From: Thermoplasmata archaeon
Lineage (GTDB): Archaea > Thermoplasmatota > E2 > JACPAO01 > JAHFTW01
DNA length: 64,000 nucleotides
Reading direction: 5' to 3'
NCBI GenBank assembly: GCA_034667745.1
Contig: JAXDQP010000062.1
Location: 958 to 64,957, forward strand
The notes beneath the pieces are model-generated. The model had not been told where the DNA came from. It searched no databases and saw nothing but the letters and a program-made list of their open reading frames with translations. The position numbers and the translations under genes are program-made. Below are positions 52,607 through 62,953 of this stretch, piece after piece; the first letter of the stretch is position 1; every line of letters begins with the position of its first letter.

Positions 52607-53170
52607 TCAGCAGGTCTTCAGCGTGAGCCCGGCGGGCGGCTCGCCCTGCCCCTGCGCGACCACCCAGAGCGCGAAGGCGCCGTGGAACGCCCCTTGCGGC
52701 CGGAGCCCGATGGCCCACGCCCCGGGCGCCGCGCCGGGGACGCTGATGACGGTGACGGCGTCGTGGGCGGCGTTGACGGGGACCGGCCCGGCCATCTGCG
52801 TGCCGGCCGGGAAGTGCGCGTCGCCGGAGGGCCCGCTGACGTCCATGGAGAGCCAGCCCTGGTCCGTGGAGGCGTTGAGCTGGAAGCGGATGGACGTCAC
52901 GCCCTTGGGCGCCGCCAGCATGGCCCCCGGGAACGGGCAGCGGGCGGGGTCGTCCGGGACCTTGAGCGCCCCCACGGCCGCCTGGCCTGCGGCGGTGAGG
53001 GTGCCGGCAAGGGTCGTGCTGGCGGACCACGCAGGCGGGATTTCGGCCGCGCCGGTGTCTTTGTCGGGGCTAGGCGTGGCGGTCGCGGACGGGGCGGGGA
53101 TGGGGGGCGGGGCGGCGCAGCCGGCCAGGAGGGCGGCAACCAGCAGAACCGCGGGCCATGCGGAGGGCAT
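52607..53170 (-). CDS. lipoprotein, ~188 aa
   Basis: MPSAWPAVLLVAALLAGC lipobox; Ala/Pro-rich linker. Confidence 0.45.
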   Translation of the reverse strand: MPSAWPAVLLVAALLAGCAAPPPIPAPSATATPSPDKDTGAAEIPPAWSASTTLAGTLTAAGQAAVGALKVPDDPARCPFPGAMLAAPKGVTSIRFQLNASTDQGWLSMDVSGPSGDAHFPAGTQMAGPVPVNAAHDAVTVISVPGAAPGAWAIGLRPQGAFHGAFALWVVAQGQGEPPAGLTLKTC

Positions 53171-53262
53171 GGTTCCAAAGCCGCCGGCACGCAACTTAAG
53201 GATTCAGGCCGCCCGGGGAAAGGATTGGCCCATTGCTTTGCCGAGCCGTCGCGAACCTTCGC

Positions 53263-54912
53263 TCAGGCGGCCGCGACCGGTTCGGGGCCCTCGTTCAGGA
53301 CGCCCTTCTCGGCGAGCGCGGCGCGGACCAGGCCCACGAAGAGCGGGCCTGGCTTCTGCGGGCGGCTGTTGAACTCAGGGTGGAACTGGCCGCCGATGAA
53401 GTACGGGTGCTGACTGCGCGGCAGCTCCATGACCTCCATGATGGGGCGGTCGGGCATGCGGCCCGAGAACACCATGCCCGCCTTCTCCATGCGCGCGACG
53501 TACTCGGGGTTCATCTCGTAGCGGTGGCGGTGGCGCTCGCTCACCACGTCGCTGCCGTACAGTTCCGCCGCGAGGCTGCCGGGCGCCAGGACGCACTCGT
53601 AGCTGCCCAGCCGCATCGTGCCGCCAAGCTCCGCGATCTCGTACTGCTCCGGCAGGATGCAGATGACGGGGTGCGCCGTGTTGACGTCCATCTCGGTCGA
53701 GTTGGCGCCGGGGAGGCCGCACAGGTTGCGCGCGAACTCCACGATGGCGAGCTGGAAGCCAAGGCAGATGCCGAGGAAGGGCACCTGGTTCTCGCGGGCG
53801 TGCTGCACGGCGCGCACCTTCCCCTCGGTGCCGCGGCTGCCGAAGCCGGGGCCGACCAGGATGGCGTCGGCCTCCTTCAGCTTCCGCCACGCCTCGCTGT
53901 CGTCGCTCTCCAGGTCCTCGCCCTCGACGTAGGCGATCTTGACCTTGGTGTCGAGGCTGGCGCCGGCGTGCCGGAGGGCCTCGTTGATGCTGAGGTAGGA
54001 GTCGCTCAGGTCGGTGTACTTGCCGACGAAGGCGACGGTGACGGTGTGGCTGGGGTTGACGATGCGGTCCACCAGCTCGCGCCACGCCTGCAGGTCGGGC
54101 GCCTTGGCCTTGACCTTGAGGCGCCTGAGGATGGTCTCGGGGACGCCCTGCTCCTCCAGGATGAGGGGGACCTCGTAGATGCTGCGCGCGTCGTGGGCCG
54201 AGATGACGGCGGCCTCGTCCACGTCGCAGAAGCTCGCGATTTTCTCGCGGATTTCGGGGTGGAGCGGCTGCGTGCTGCGGCAGACAATCATGTCCGGGTG
54301 CAGGCCGATGGACTTGAGGTCGCGCACGGTGTGCTGCGTTGGCTTGGTCTTCTGCTCCCCGACGGCGCCGACCACGGGCACCAGGCTCGTGTGGATGAGG
54401 AAGAGGTTCTCGTGGCCGACCTCACGGTGGAGCTGGCGGATGGCCTCCAGGAACGGGGCGCTCTCGATGTCGCCCACGGTGCCGCCGACCTCGACGAGGC
54501 AGACGTCTGCGCCGGAGGTCTTCGCCACGCGCTTGATCCACTCGCGAATCTCGTTCGTGATGTGCGGGACGATTTGGACGGTCTTGCCGAGGTAGTCGCC
54601 GCGGCGCTCCTTGTCGATGACTGACTTGTAGACCTTCCCGGTCGTGATGTTGTTGTCCCGCGTCAGCGGGATGTCGAGGAAGCGCTCGTAGTTTCCCAGG
54701 TCGAGGTCGGCCTCGCCGCCGTCGTTGAGGACGAACACCTCGCCGTGCTCGAACGGGTTCATGGTCCCCGCGTCCGAGTTGAGGTAGGGGTCAATCTTGA
54801 CGGCGGTGAGGCTCACGCCGCGGGCCTTGAGGAGCGTGCCGATGGAGCTGGTGGTGATGCCCTTGCCCAGCCCAGAAAGGACCCCGCCCGTGACGACGAT
54901 GTACTTCGTCAT
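53263..54912 (-). CDS. pyrG: CTP synthase
   Basis: 549 aa; N-terminal [13 protein letters not shown]-loop, glutamine amidotransferase Cys in GICLGFQ. Confidence 0.95.
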   Translation of the reverse strand: MTKYIVVTGGVLSGLGKGITTSSIGTLLKARGVSLTAVKIDPYLNSDAGTMNPFEHGEVFVLNDGGEADLDLGNYERFLDIPLTRDNNITTGKVYKSVIDKERRGDYLGKTVQIVPHITNEIREWIKRVAKTSGADVCLVEVGGTVGDIESAPFLEAIRQLHREVGHENLFLIHTSLVPVVGAVGEQKTKPTQHTVRDLKSIGLHPDMIVCRSTQPLHPEIREKIASFCDVDEAAVISAHDARSIYEVPLILEEQGVPETILRRLKVKAKAPDLQAWRELVDRIVNPSHTVTVAFVGKYTDLSDSYLSINEALRHAGASLDTKVKIAYVEGEDLESDDSEAWRKLKEADAILVGPGFGSRGTEGKVRAVQHARENQVPFLGICLGFQLAIVEFARNLCGLPGANSTEMDVNTAHPVICILPEQYEIAELGGTMRLGSYECVLAPGSLAAELYGSDVVSERHRHRYEMNPEYVARMEKAGMVFSGRMPDRPIMEVMELPRSQHPYFIGGQFHPEFNSRPQKPGPLFVGLVRAALAEKGVLNEGPEPVAAA

Positions 54913-54988
54913 ACGCTACGGGAACCTCCCTACGCTAGCGCTCCATTTAGGGTTTGGCCAGGCGGCCGCCACGCCTGCGCCCACGGAA

Positions 54989-57900
54989 CTAGGGCGACCA
55001 CAGCGAGACCGTCCCCGGCAGTTGGCCCAGGCTGGCCTCGAAGCTGCCGCCGCCCGCCGGGAGGTCCAGCGCGCCGACGACGATGCGGCCGTCCGCGAGG
55101 GCCGCGCCGCCCAGGACGCCGCCTCCCGCGTCCAGCGAGACCGCCTCGCGGCCGGTGTGGAGGTCGTAGGCCTTGAGCTGCCCCGCGTAGGAGCCAATCC
55201 AGGCGAGGCCGTTGCCGATGGCCACCGGCGCGAAGGCCGTCGAGGGCAGGGACTGCTCCCACAGCAGGTCGCCGGTCGCCGCGTCGAAGCCGGCGATGCG
55301 GTCCGCGTCCGTGGAGCTGATGACCTCGACGCCGTCCGCGTAGCCGCCGGAGCCGACCAAGGCGGTGCGCATCTCCAGCAGGTGGCTGCCGTGCAGGAGC
55401 GCGCCGGTGCCGAGGTCCACCGCCCACGCGGGCCCGTGCTTCTCGGAGGCCAGGACGACGGGGCGGCCCGCCACGACGGCGAGGTGCGGGGTGCCGCTGA
55501 GGTCGCGGTTCATGGCGCGCGTCACCTCCGGCGTCGTCTCCTGGTTCGTGTCGTAGGGGAAGAAGCGGTGGCTCCAGACGAGGTGGCCGTCGGCGCGGTC
55601 GAGCGCGAGCAGGGAGTCCATCGTGGCGGGCTGGCCGGTGTCCGTGCCGGGGCTGGTGCCGACGACGACGAGGCCGCTGCCGCCGGGCGCAAGCGGCGAG
55701 GCCCAGACGCGGGCGCCGGAGTTCGGCTGCGGCGCGGTGGGCACTTGCCACACGAGCGCGCCGGTGGCGGGCACCAGGCGGGCGACGTAGCCACGGTCGG
55801 CATCGACGCCAACGAAGAGGTCGCCGCCCTGCACGGTGGGGCTGGCCCACAGGCGGCCGGTGAACGCGTGGCTCCACGCGATGGCGCCCGTGTCGGCGCG
55901 GAGCGCGTAGAGGGTGGGGCCGGCGCCCACGAGAACAAGGCCGTCGGACAGCGAGGCCGACCCGTCGACGGGCGCGGGCAGCGTGGTGCGCCACACGACG
56001 GCGCCGGTGGCGGCGTTGAGGGCGTACATCGACTTGCCCCAGGTGCCGACGTAGACGCGCCCGTCCACGACGGCGGGCGTGGCCGTGACGCTGCCGTCAA
56101 CGTGCGCGCGCCAGCGCAGGGTCACGCCGGGGGCGGTCGGGCTGGGCAGCGTCGGGTCGGGGTTGCTGCGGGTGTTCCAGCTGTCGCGCCCGTACTGCGG
56201 CCAACCGGTTGCCTCGGCAGGCGGGTCCACGGTTGCGATGGGAAGCGGTGAGGGGACGCTCGCGGAGGGCGTCACCGAGAGCGTGTCGAAGCGCGCCGTC
56301 GGCCCCGTGAACGGGTCCTCGAACGAGGCGCCAAGCGTGTAGCCGACGCCCGCGACAAGGTAGCGTTGCGCCGTGAGGTCGATGGTGGTTCCCTGCACGG
56401 CCTCCGCGACGACGGTGCGGTTGAGCCAGAGATGCACGAGCGGCCCCACTGTCGCGACGGTGCCGGCGCCCTGCACGCGCAGGTCGTACCAGCCGGACTC
56501 CTGCACCACGACGGGGGACTCCAGGAAGCCGAAGTCGGTGAACTTCCAGCCAGGGCCCTCCGCCGCGCCGCCCGAATGGACGCGGGCTGCGGCGCCGGTG
56601 AAGGTGAGCGGTGGCGGGCTGCCGTCGATGCGCAGGTCGGACAGGACGACGGGGCCGCCCACGGCGCGGTAGGTCACGGTGCGCTGGCCGCCGGGCAGGT
56701 CGAAGGGCGTGAGGCGGGGCCGCGCGACGGGTCCCGCCACGAGGGCGTCCTGCGCAAGCACCCCATCGACGTCCACCTGGACGCGCTGGCGCACGTTCAG
56801 CTCCGGCGGCGTGGCCACCATCGCGAGCAGGTCGCCGGGGCCGCCCATCCACGCGAACTGGAAGCTGCGCGACTGGCCCGCCGCCAGCGTGAAGGGGCCG
56901 CCGGGGAAGGTCGAGGCGGCGCCGGTGCGGACCACGTCGAGGATGAGGTTGCGGTCCTCGGTGCTGCTTGCGGCGTCGTTGGTGAACGAGATGCGCAGGA
57001 GGTGGTCGCCGCTGGGCAGGATGGGCGCCGCGTAGTCCGCGAACGCCGCACTGGCCACTGCCACCGTGTAGACGAGGGCGCCATCGACCCGGACCTGCAT
57101 CTGCGGCCAGGCGCCGCCAAGCGGGGTGCCGCGCGCCACGATGGTCAGCGGGTTGGTGCCGTCGCCGGCGACGTGGTCCTCGACGTAGCCGTTCGTCCAC
57201 AGGTTCCACGCCGCGCCTCCGCTGGCGCTGCCGGTGAGCACCTTGCCGCCCGTGCTCTTCACGGCGAACGCCTCGGCCTCGAGCGAGCCGGGGCTGCCGG
57301 GCGGCGGCGGGGGAGGGGGCGGTGGCGGAGGCGGCGAGCCGCTGCACGCCGTCGTCGGGGTCGCGGAGGGCCAGGTGTAGCCGCCGGAGAGCGCCGCGGC
57401 TCCGCCGGTGGAGCGGGCGCGGAAATCGACCTTGGAGCCGGGCGTCACGTGAAAGCTCGCGGCCCACCCGCCCCACGACTGCTTGGTGAGCGCGGTCCAG
57501 GTCGCAGGGCAGCCGGCGCGGGCATCGACGCCGGCGAGGGGCTGGTTGGCGTTGACGCTCGCCTGCACCCACCACTCGTTGCCCTGCACGCCCGAGAACG
57601 TGGCCGTGAAGTTGCCGCTGGGTGGCGGGGGCGGCGGTGGGGGTGGCGGAGGCGGGGGAGGCGTGCCGCACTGCTCTACGGCGCCGGGGTGCGTGAACCA
57701 GCAGCTCTCGAAGTTGCTCGCCCCGCCGGGGAACGAGGCGCGGAAGCGGACCTGGTTGCCGGGCTCGACGTGGAAGCTGCCGGCCCACCAGGTGTGGTCG
57801 CTGGTCCAGGCCTGGGGCGAGAGCGCGACCCAGGGGCCGCCGGTGTCCATCGCCTGCACGCTGGAGGCCGTCGCGCCGTCCATGCCGCCGAGGCGGACCT

Positions 57901-58049
57901 GCACCCACCACTCGTTGCCGCCGCCGTCCGCGAACGACACGGTGCGTCCGTTGGGCATCGCCTGCGGATGGTTGGCGGTGGCGGGGAACGCGAACGCCAG
58001 GAGGAGAAAAGCCAAGATGGCGGCCGCTGGGCGCGCGCGTCGTCCCCGC
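54989..58049 (-). CDS. large secreted multidomain protein: signal peptide, two related ~100-aa domains (GNEWWVQ..) separated by poly-Pro linkers, carbohydrate-binding-like module, C-terminal PQQ-type beta-propeller repeats
   Basis: Signal MRGRRARPAAAILAFLLLAFAFPATA; PPPPPPPPPPPPPP runs; repeated GNEWWVQ blocks; propeller repeats YALNAATGAVVWR / YALRADTGAIAWSH / LVWQV / LLWEQ; the ORF-track N-terminal extension rejected. Confidence 0.65.
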
Positions 58050-58161
58050 ATGCGCCCCGATTGGCGACCGCAGGCCGAATCCGCATCCCTATGGGCAACC
58101 CTAGGGCTGCAAAGGTGGGGGGTTCCGCAACCGTTTTCCACCACCGCGCCCGCTCTGCCCT

Positions 58162-58950
58162 GTGCGGGCCTTCCTCCTCGCGGCGCTCCTGCTGGCGGGC
58201 TGCCTGTCGCCGCCCGCCGCTCCCGCAGGCCCAGCAGCCGTGACGGGGCCGGCGACCCATGCGTGGGGCCTGTCGGAGTGCGCCTTCGCCATCGCGCGCG
58301 TCGCCGTGCCCGCGGCCGCCCTCCAGCAGCTCCTTCCAGAGGGGTTCGCGCCCGCGCCGTCCGACCTGCCCGGCGCCGCGGGGGCGCCCGGCGCGGAGCT
58401 GCACCTCGACGCCTACGTGTGCAAGGCCGGCGTGGGCCTCGACGGCTCACCGCTGCGGGAGGTGCAGTACGGCTCCTACTATGTTCCCGCGATTCCGCCG
58501 GCTGCCCTCAAGGAACCCGGCTACGACGCCTATTTCGTGAAACTCCAGCACCTCGTCCCCGACGCGGCCCGGCGCGAGGTCCTAGCGGCAGGCGGCCTGC
58601 CCGCGCTCAACGGCTCGGCCACGGTCACCTCTCTGGGGCCGCGTTGGACGGCCCACCTCGCTCTGGGCGGCGCCGGCGGCTTCTCGCTCGACGGCGTCGC
58701 GCAGCCCGCCACCCCGCAGGGTGCGCCGCTGCCCTTCATCGAGTACACGCCGCTCGCGAAGGGCGGCCTCGCCCGCTGGCACGCGCGGCTGCACGACGCC
58801 ACGCTGGCCTCCGGCGACGGCGTCCTCCGGCTGGCGCCCGGGAAGATGCGCGACCTGGTGGGCGCCGAAGAGGTCCCGGTGCGGTTCCTGGCGGGAACGT
58901 GGAACCTCGACCACGCGGACGTCACGTTCCCGCTGCCTTGGCCGCGCTGA
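58162..58950 (+). CDS. lipoprotein, 262 aa
   Basis: MRAFLLAALLLAGC lipobox. Confidence 0.5.
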   Translation: MRAFLLAALLLAGCLSPPAAPAGPAAVTGPATHAWGLSECAFAIARVAVPAAALQQLLPEGFAPAPSDLPGAAGAPGAELHLDAYVCKAGVGLDGSPLREVQYGSYYVPAIPPAALKEPGYDAYFVKLQHLVPDAARREVLAAGGLPALNGSATVTSLGPRWTAHLALGGAGGFSLDGVAQPATPQGAPLPFIEYTPLAKGGLARWHARLHDATLASGDGVLRLAPGKMRDLVGAEEVPVRFLAGTWNLDHADVTFPLPWPR

Positions 58951-58952
58951 GG

Positions 58953-59585
58953 TCAGTCGGCGGCGCGGCGCACCGGCGCGACCGGGCGGGCAGGCCGGTT
59001 GGCGCGCTCCTCGTGGCCCTCGCGTGCCGGCTCGCGCACCTGCTTCATGGCGTTGCTCCACGCCACGAGCTGGCCGAGCATCGTGTCGAGGATGCCCGCG
59101 TGGTGCGGCAGCGGCTTGAACGTGCGGTAGCTCTCGAAGTCCGTCGCGAGGCTAAGGGCGACCTGGGCGCGCACGGTGGCGACCTGGACCTCGGCCATGA
59201 CGAGGCGCAGGTGCTCGACGGCGCGGACGCCGCCCATGCTGCCGTACGAGACGAACCCCGCCGCCTTGTTGTTCCATTCCTTGTAGAGGAAGTCGATGGC
59301 GTTCTTGAGCGCGCCAGGGATGCCGTGGTTGTACTCGGGGGTCACGAAAACGAAGCCGTCGTACTGCGCGACCTTCGCGGCCCAGGCGATGGTGTGCGGC
59401 CGGTTGTGCTGGCCCAGCGACGGCGGCAGCGGCTCGTCCAGGAGGGGGAGGCCCTGCTCGGCAAGGTCGACCAACTCGAACTCGGCGTCGGTGCGCTGGC
59501 TGGCCAATTCGTGGACCCACCTGGCGACGGCCTCGCCATTGCGGCCGGGGCGCGTGCTGCCAAGGATGACTGCGATGCGGGGCAT
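58953..59585 (-). CDS. NADPH-dependent FMN reductase family flavoprotein
   Basis: MPRIAVILGSTRPGRNGEAVA.. flavodoxin-like N-terminus, TPEYNHGIPGALKNAIDF motif. Confidence 0.8.
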   Translation of the reverse strand: MPRIAVILGSTRPGRNGEAVARWVHELASQRTDAEFELVDLAEQGLPLLDEPLPPSLGQHNRPHTIAWAAKVAQYDGFVFVTPEYNHGIPGALKNAIDFLYKEWNNKAAGFVSYGSMGGVRAVEHLRLVMAEVQVATVRAQVALSLATDFESYRTFKPLPHHAGILDTMLGQLVAWSNAMKQVREPAREGHEERANRPARPVAPVRRAAD

Positions 59586-59642
59586 AGCCGGTGCCGAGCG
59601 GTTTCTTGAATTAAGGCTGCCACTCCCGGCAAGGGAAGCGGC

Positions 59643-60209
59643 TCAGGCCCGTGGGAGCCACGCCTCGACGAGCAGCGCGACGCCCGCGACGGCGAACGCG
59701 GTGGCCGCCGTCCAGCGCAGGGCCTTGGGCGGCAGCCGCGCCAGCACCTTGGCGCCGAGCAGCGCGGCCAGCAGGGCGCTCAGGGCGAGGGCGACGAACG
59801 CGCCGATGCCCACCAGCCAGGCGTTGCCGCTCGCCGCCAGCGTCGCGGTCGCTAACTGCGTCTTGTCGCCCATCTCGGCGAGCAGGATGGCGGCGAAGGC
59901 GCCCACGAACGAGGCCTTCGGCGTCGCGGCCTCCCCGCCGTCGCCCTTGTTGCGCAGCGCGAGCGCGGCCATCGCGAGGAACAGGAGGCCCGCCGCCGTG
60001 CGCAGGAGCCTCGCCGGCACGTAGGCGGCCAGCGCCGCGCCCAGCGTGCAGGCGAGGACGGTGAGGATGGCGAAGGCGGCCCACGCGCCCAGCACGACGC
60101 CGGTGGCGCGGCCGCGCGAGGCCAGGAGGGCCACGGCCAGCTGCGTCTTGTCGCCCAGCTCCGCCACGAAGACGACGGCGAAGGCGAGCAGCAGGTCGCT
60201 GGCGGCCAC
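59643..60209 (-). CDS. GDT1/TMEM165 (UPF0016) family cation transporter
   Basis: Two E-x-G-D-K-T motifs (ELGDKTQLA, EMGDKTQLA), 6 TM. Confidence 0.85.
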   Translation of the reverse strand: MAASDLLLAFAVVFVAELGDKTQLAVALLASRGRATGVVLGAWAAFAILTVLACTLGAALAAYVPARLLRTAAGLLFLAMAALALRNKGDGGEAATPKASFVGAFAAILLAEMGDKTQLATATLAASGNAWLVGIGAFVALALSALLAALLGAKVLARLPPKALRWTAATAFAVAGVALLVEAWLPRA

Positions 60210-60251
60210 GCTGCGGCCAGGGGGTGGCGCGGAAAGGCGCTTCGGCTAGGG

Positions 60252-60605
60252 CTAGCGGGAGTCGCGGGAGGAGTTGCGGCTGCGGCCGTTGCCTTCGCCA
60301 CTGTCCTCGTCGCTGTCGCGGCGCTCGACGCCGAACACGAGCTTGAGGTTCACCTTGTAGGAGGTGATGCGGCCGTCCTCGCACTGCACGCTCATCGCCT
60401 CGACGTGCGCGCCCGTGATGCCGCGCGTGGTCTGGCGGGCGTCCTCGAGGGCGTTCTGGACCGCCTCCTCGAAGCTGCGGCTGGAGCTGCTGACCAGCTC
60501 GACGACCTTGGCGGTGCGGTGGTCGTGCGTGGCGCTGTCGGACTGGCGGATGGTCTGCGTGGAGGGCATGGCGGTGACCGGCCCGGCGATGGGCGCCTCC
60601 GGCAT
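60252..60605 (-). CDS. dodecin-family flavin-binding protein with N- and C-terminal extensions
   Basis: Core KVVELVSSSSRSFEEAVQNALEDARQTTRGITGAHVEAMSVQCEDGRITSYKVNLKLVF matches the dodecin pattern; tail is Ser/Arg/Asp-rich. Confidence 0.7.
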   Translation of the reverse strand: MPEAPIAGPVTAMPSTQTIRQSDSATHDHRTAKVVELVSSSSRSFEEAVQNALEDARQTTRGITGAHVEAMSVQCEDGRITSYKVNLKLVFGVERRDSDEDSGEGNGRSRNSSRDSR

Positions 60606-60672
60606 GAATCCAGGAACGGGCCTGACATGTGGGGGCGGCGCCGTTTTCTACGCCACGCGCCTCGGCGCGGCC

Positions 60673-61113
60673 ATGCCAGTGACCGCCATCCAGCTGCGCT
60701 CCATCGAGGCGCGGCGCTTCAGCGACCCCGTCCCCAACCAGCAGATCCGCATCGACCACAACTCGACGCTGACACTGGTGGCGCGCGAGGCCGACGACCG
60801 CCTCCGGGTCGAGTTCGGCTACACCACGAGCTACGGGCCACTAGGCGTCATCAAGATCGAGGGCACGCTCTCCTTCACCGACCCCACGGCGGGCGCGGCG
60901 GCGGACGCGTGGGCGACCTCGCGCAACCTGCCGCCCGAGATGGCGCAGCAGGTGCACGGCGCCGTCATGGGCATGGCCGTCCCCGAGGCGGTCGGCCTCG
61001 CGAAGGAGCTGCGCCTGCCGCCCCCGATTCCCCTGCCGCAGATCCAGTTCCAGGCCCCCGCGGCGCCCGCCAAGCCCAAGGCGGACTCCTTCGGCTCGCC
61101 CGAAGTGGGATAG
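60673..61113 (+). CDS. hypothetical protein, ~146 aa, with Pro/Ala-rich C-terminus
   Basis: ATG at 60673; upstream part of the track ORF is antisense to the dodecin gene. Confidence 0.4.
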   Translation: MPVTAIQLRSIEARRFSDPVPNQQIRIDHNSTLTLVAREADDRLRVEFGYTTSYGPLGVIKIEGTLSFTDPTAGAAADAWATSRNLPPEMAQQVHGAVMGMAVPEAVGLAKELRLPPPIPLPQIQFQAPAAPAKPKADSFGSPEVG

Positions 61114-61171
61114 CCGCAGCAGACCGGAAACCCCTAAAGGCTCCACAGGAGTCGCCTTCCTGTAGATTCGC

Positions 61172-61711
61172 ATGGCGGAAACCGAGACGCTGCAAGCCGA
61201 CGACCCGCGCGCCGAGCTGCGCCGCGAGCAGGACCGCCTCGCCAAGCTCTGGCAGGCGTACAAGAACCAGGAGGACGAGCTGGAGCAGCTGCGCCGCGAG
61301 CGCCCCGTCCTGGTCGAGACCGTCGCCGAGCAGGACCGCGCCATCGCCGGCCTCCGCCGCGAGCAGGCCGCCCTCAAGGAGGCCGCCGGCTTCAAGGACC
61401 GGCACGAGGAGTCCGACCGCCGCAACCGCGTCCTCCTGATCGAGGTCGAGAACCTGAACCGCGAGGTGCGCGCCGCCAACCAGGCCGTCGCCGCCCACCA
61501 GAAGGACCTCGCCGACAAGACCGCGCAGCTCGAGGCGGACCTCCGCAAGGAGCAGGAGCGCCTCGCGAAGCTGTTCAAGGTCTACGAGGAGCAGGAGCAG
61601 GAAGTCGCGGCTGCCAAGGCCCGCCTGGAGAAATGGGAGTCCTGGTTCAGCCGCATGGAGCCCGCCATCGTCGCGCTCCCCAAGTTCTTCGCCGACGCGC
61701 CGCGCGCCTGA
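61172..61711 (+). CDS. coiled-coil protein, 179 aa
   Basis: Heptad-like charged repeats (ELRREQDRLAKLWQAYKNQEDELEQLRRE..). Confidence 0.5.
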   Translation: MAETETLQADDPRAELRREQDRLAKLWQAYKNQEDELEQLRRERPVLVETVAEQDRAIAGLRREQAALKEAAGFKDRHEESDRRNRVLLIEVENLNREVRAANQAVAAHQKDLADKTAQLEADLRKEQERLAKLFKVYEEQEQEVAAAKARLEKWESWFSRMEPAIVALPKFFADAPRA

Positions 61712-61801
61712 CGCCCAACCAGACGGGTGGAGTCGGCAGGAGCAGCGAGAAGGACGGCTCCTTCTAGGCCGTGCCTCGCTCGCTCGCTTGGCAGCGCTGT
61801 C

Positions 61802-62338
61802 CTACTTTCCGTTGGCAGCGCGCTCCAAGGCGGCGACGTCGAGTTTCTTCATGTCCATCATGGCCGCGTACGCCCGCGCCGCCCTCTTGGGGTCCGGGTC
61901 CACGAGGAGCTCGAACATGCGGGTGGGGACAATCTGCCACGAGGCGCCGAACTTGTCCTTGAGCCAACCACACTGCTCGGCATCCGGCACCGCGGAGAGG
62001 GCCTTCCAGTAGCGGTCGACCTCGGCCTGGTCCTTGCAGGGAACGTAGAAGGAGACGGCCTCGTTCAGGTGGAAGTAGGGGCCGCCGTTGAGGGCCATGA
62101 ACTTGCGCCCCATGAGGGTGAACTCGACGAGGACCGTGTCCCCCTTCTTGCCAGCCGGGTAGTCGCTTGGCGCCGGCACAACGCGGTCGAGGCTGGACTC
62201 CGGGAAGACGGAGACGTAGAACCTCGCCGCCTTCTCGGCCTGGCCGTCGAACCACAGGCAAGGGGTGACGGTGTCCAAGCCTTGGGACGGCTTGGTCTGC
62301 TTGGCCTGCGTCGTGGACGCCGTCTTGGTTGGAGCCAT
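61802..62338 (-). CDS. VOC-family protein (PhnB-like / 3-demethylubiquinone-9 3-methyltransferase-domain family)
   Basis: ..VTPCLWFDGQAEKAARFY..MGRKFMALNGGP..QCGWLKDKFGASWQI pattern typical of this glyoxalase-fold family; start ATG 62338 chosen. Confidence 0.75.
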   Translation of the reverse strand: MAPTKTASTTQAKQTKPSQGLDTVTPCLWFDGQAEKAARFYVSVFPESSLDRVVPAPSDYPAGKKGDTVLVEFTLMGRKFMALNGGPYFHLNEAVSFYVPCKDQAEVDRYWKALSAVPDAEQCGWLKDKFGASWQIVPTRMFELLVDPDPKRAARAYAAMMDMKKLDVAALERAANGK

Positions 62339-62445
62339 GGGGGTCGCCGGGCGGCGATTCATTGGGCGGCGATAAGCCCGAGGGTTGCGACCGGCCGTGG
62401 AAGAGAGGTAAATAGAACGCGACCTTCGGCCCCGCGGCACACGTC

Positions 62446-62919
62446 ATGGCTTCAAAGAAAGAAGGCACCACCTCATCGAAGAAAGCACGGGACGACGGGG
62501 ACGGCGCTCGGACACGCAAGCCGGCCAAGGCGGCGACGCCCAGCGACCACGCCACAGTCAACGCCTGGATTGCCGCGGTGGCCCCTGAGCGCCGCGCCAT
62601 CATCAAGCGCATCGACCGAATCCTGCGCGACGAGATTCCGGACGTCGTGCGCACCACGAAATGGCGCAAGCCCAGCGAACCCCTGGGCACCCCCTTCTAC
62701 GGGCGCCCCGGCCACGGGTGGGTCGCGATGGTCCACTCCCTCAAGCACGAGATGCGCGTGACGTTCTTCGACGGCGCCAAGCTGGACCCGCCGCTGCCCG
62801 TGGCGGGCAACGCGGGCACGCGCCGCGTCGACATCACGGGCCCGGACGACTTCGACGAAGACCAACTCCGCTCGTGGGCAAGGCAAGCCGCGAAGCTAGA
62901 GGGTTGGGCGCACGTGTAG
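62446..62919 (+). CDS. DUF1801 (YdhG-like) domain protein with basic N-terminal tail
   Basis: 157 aa; TKWRKPSEPLGTPFYGRPGHGWVAMVHSLKHEMRVTFFDGAKL pattern. Confidence 0.7.
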   Translation: MASKKEGTTSSKKARDDGDGARTRKPAKAATPSDHATVNAWIAAVAPERRAIIKRIDRILRDEIPDVVRTTKWRKPSEPLGTPFYGRPGHGWVAMVHSLKHEMRVTFFDGAKLDPPLPVAGNAGTRRVDITGPDDFDEDQLRSWARQAAKLEGWAHV

Positions 62920-62953
62920 TGGGGGAGGCCTATTTGCGGGCAAATCCGTCAGG

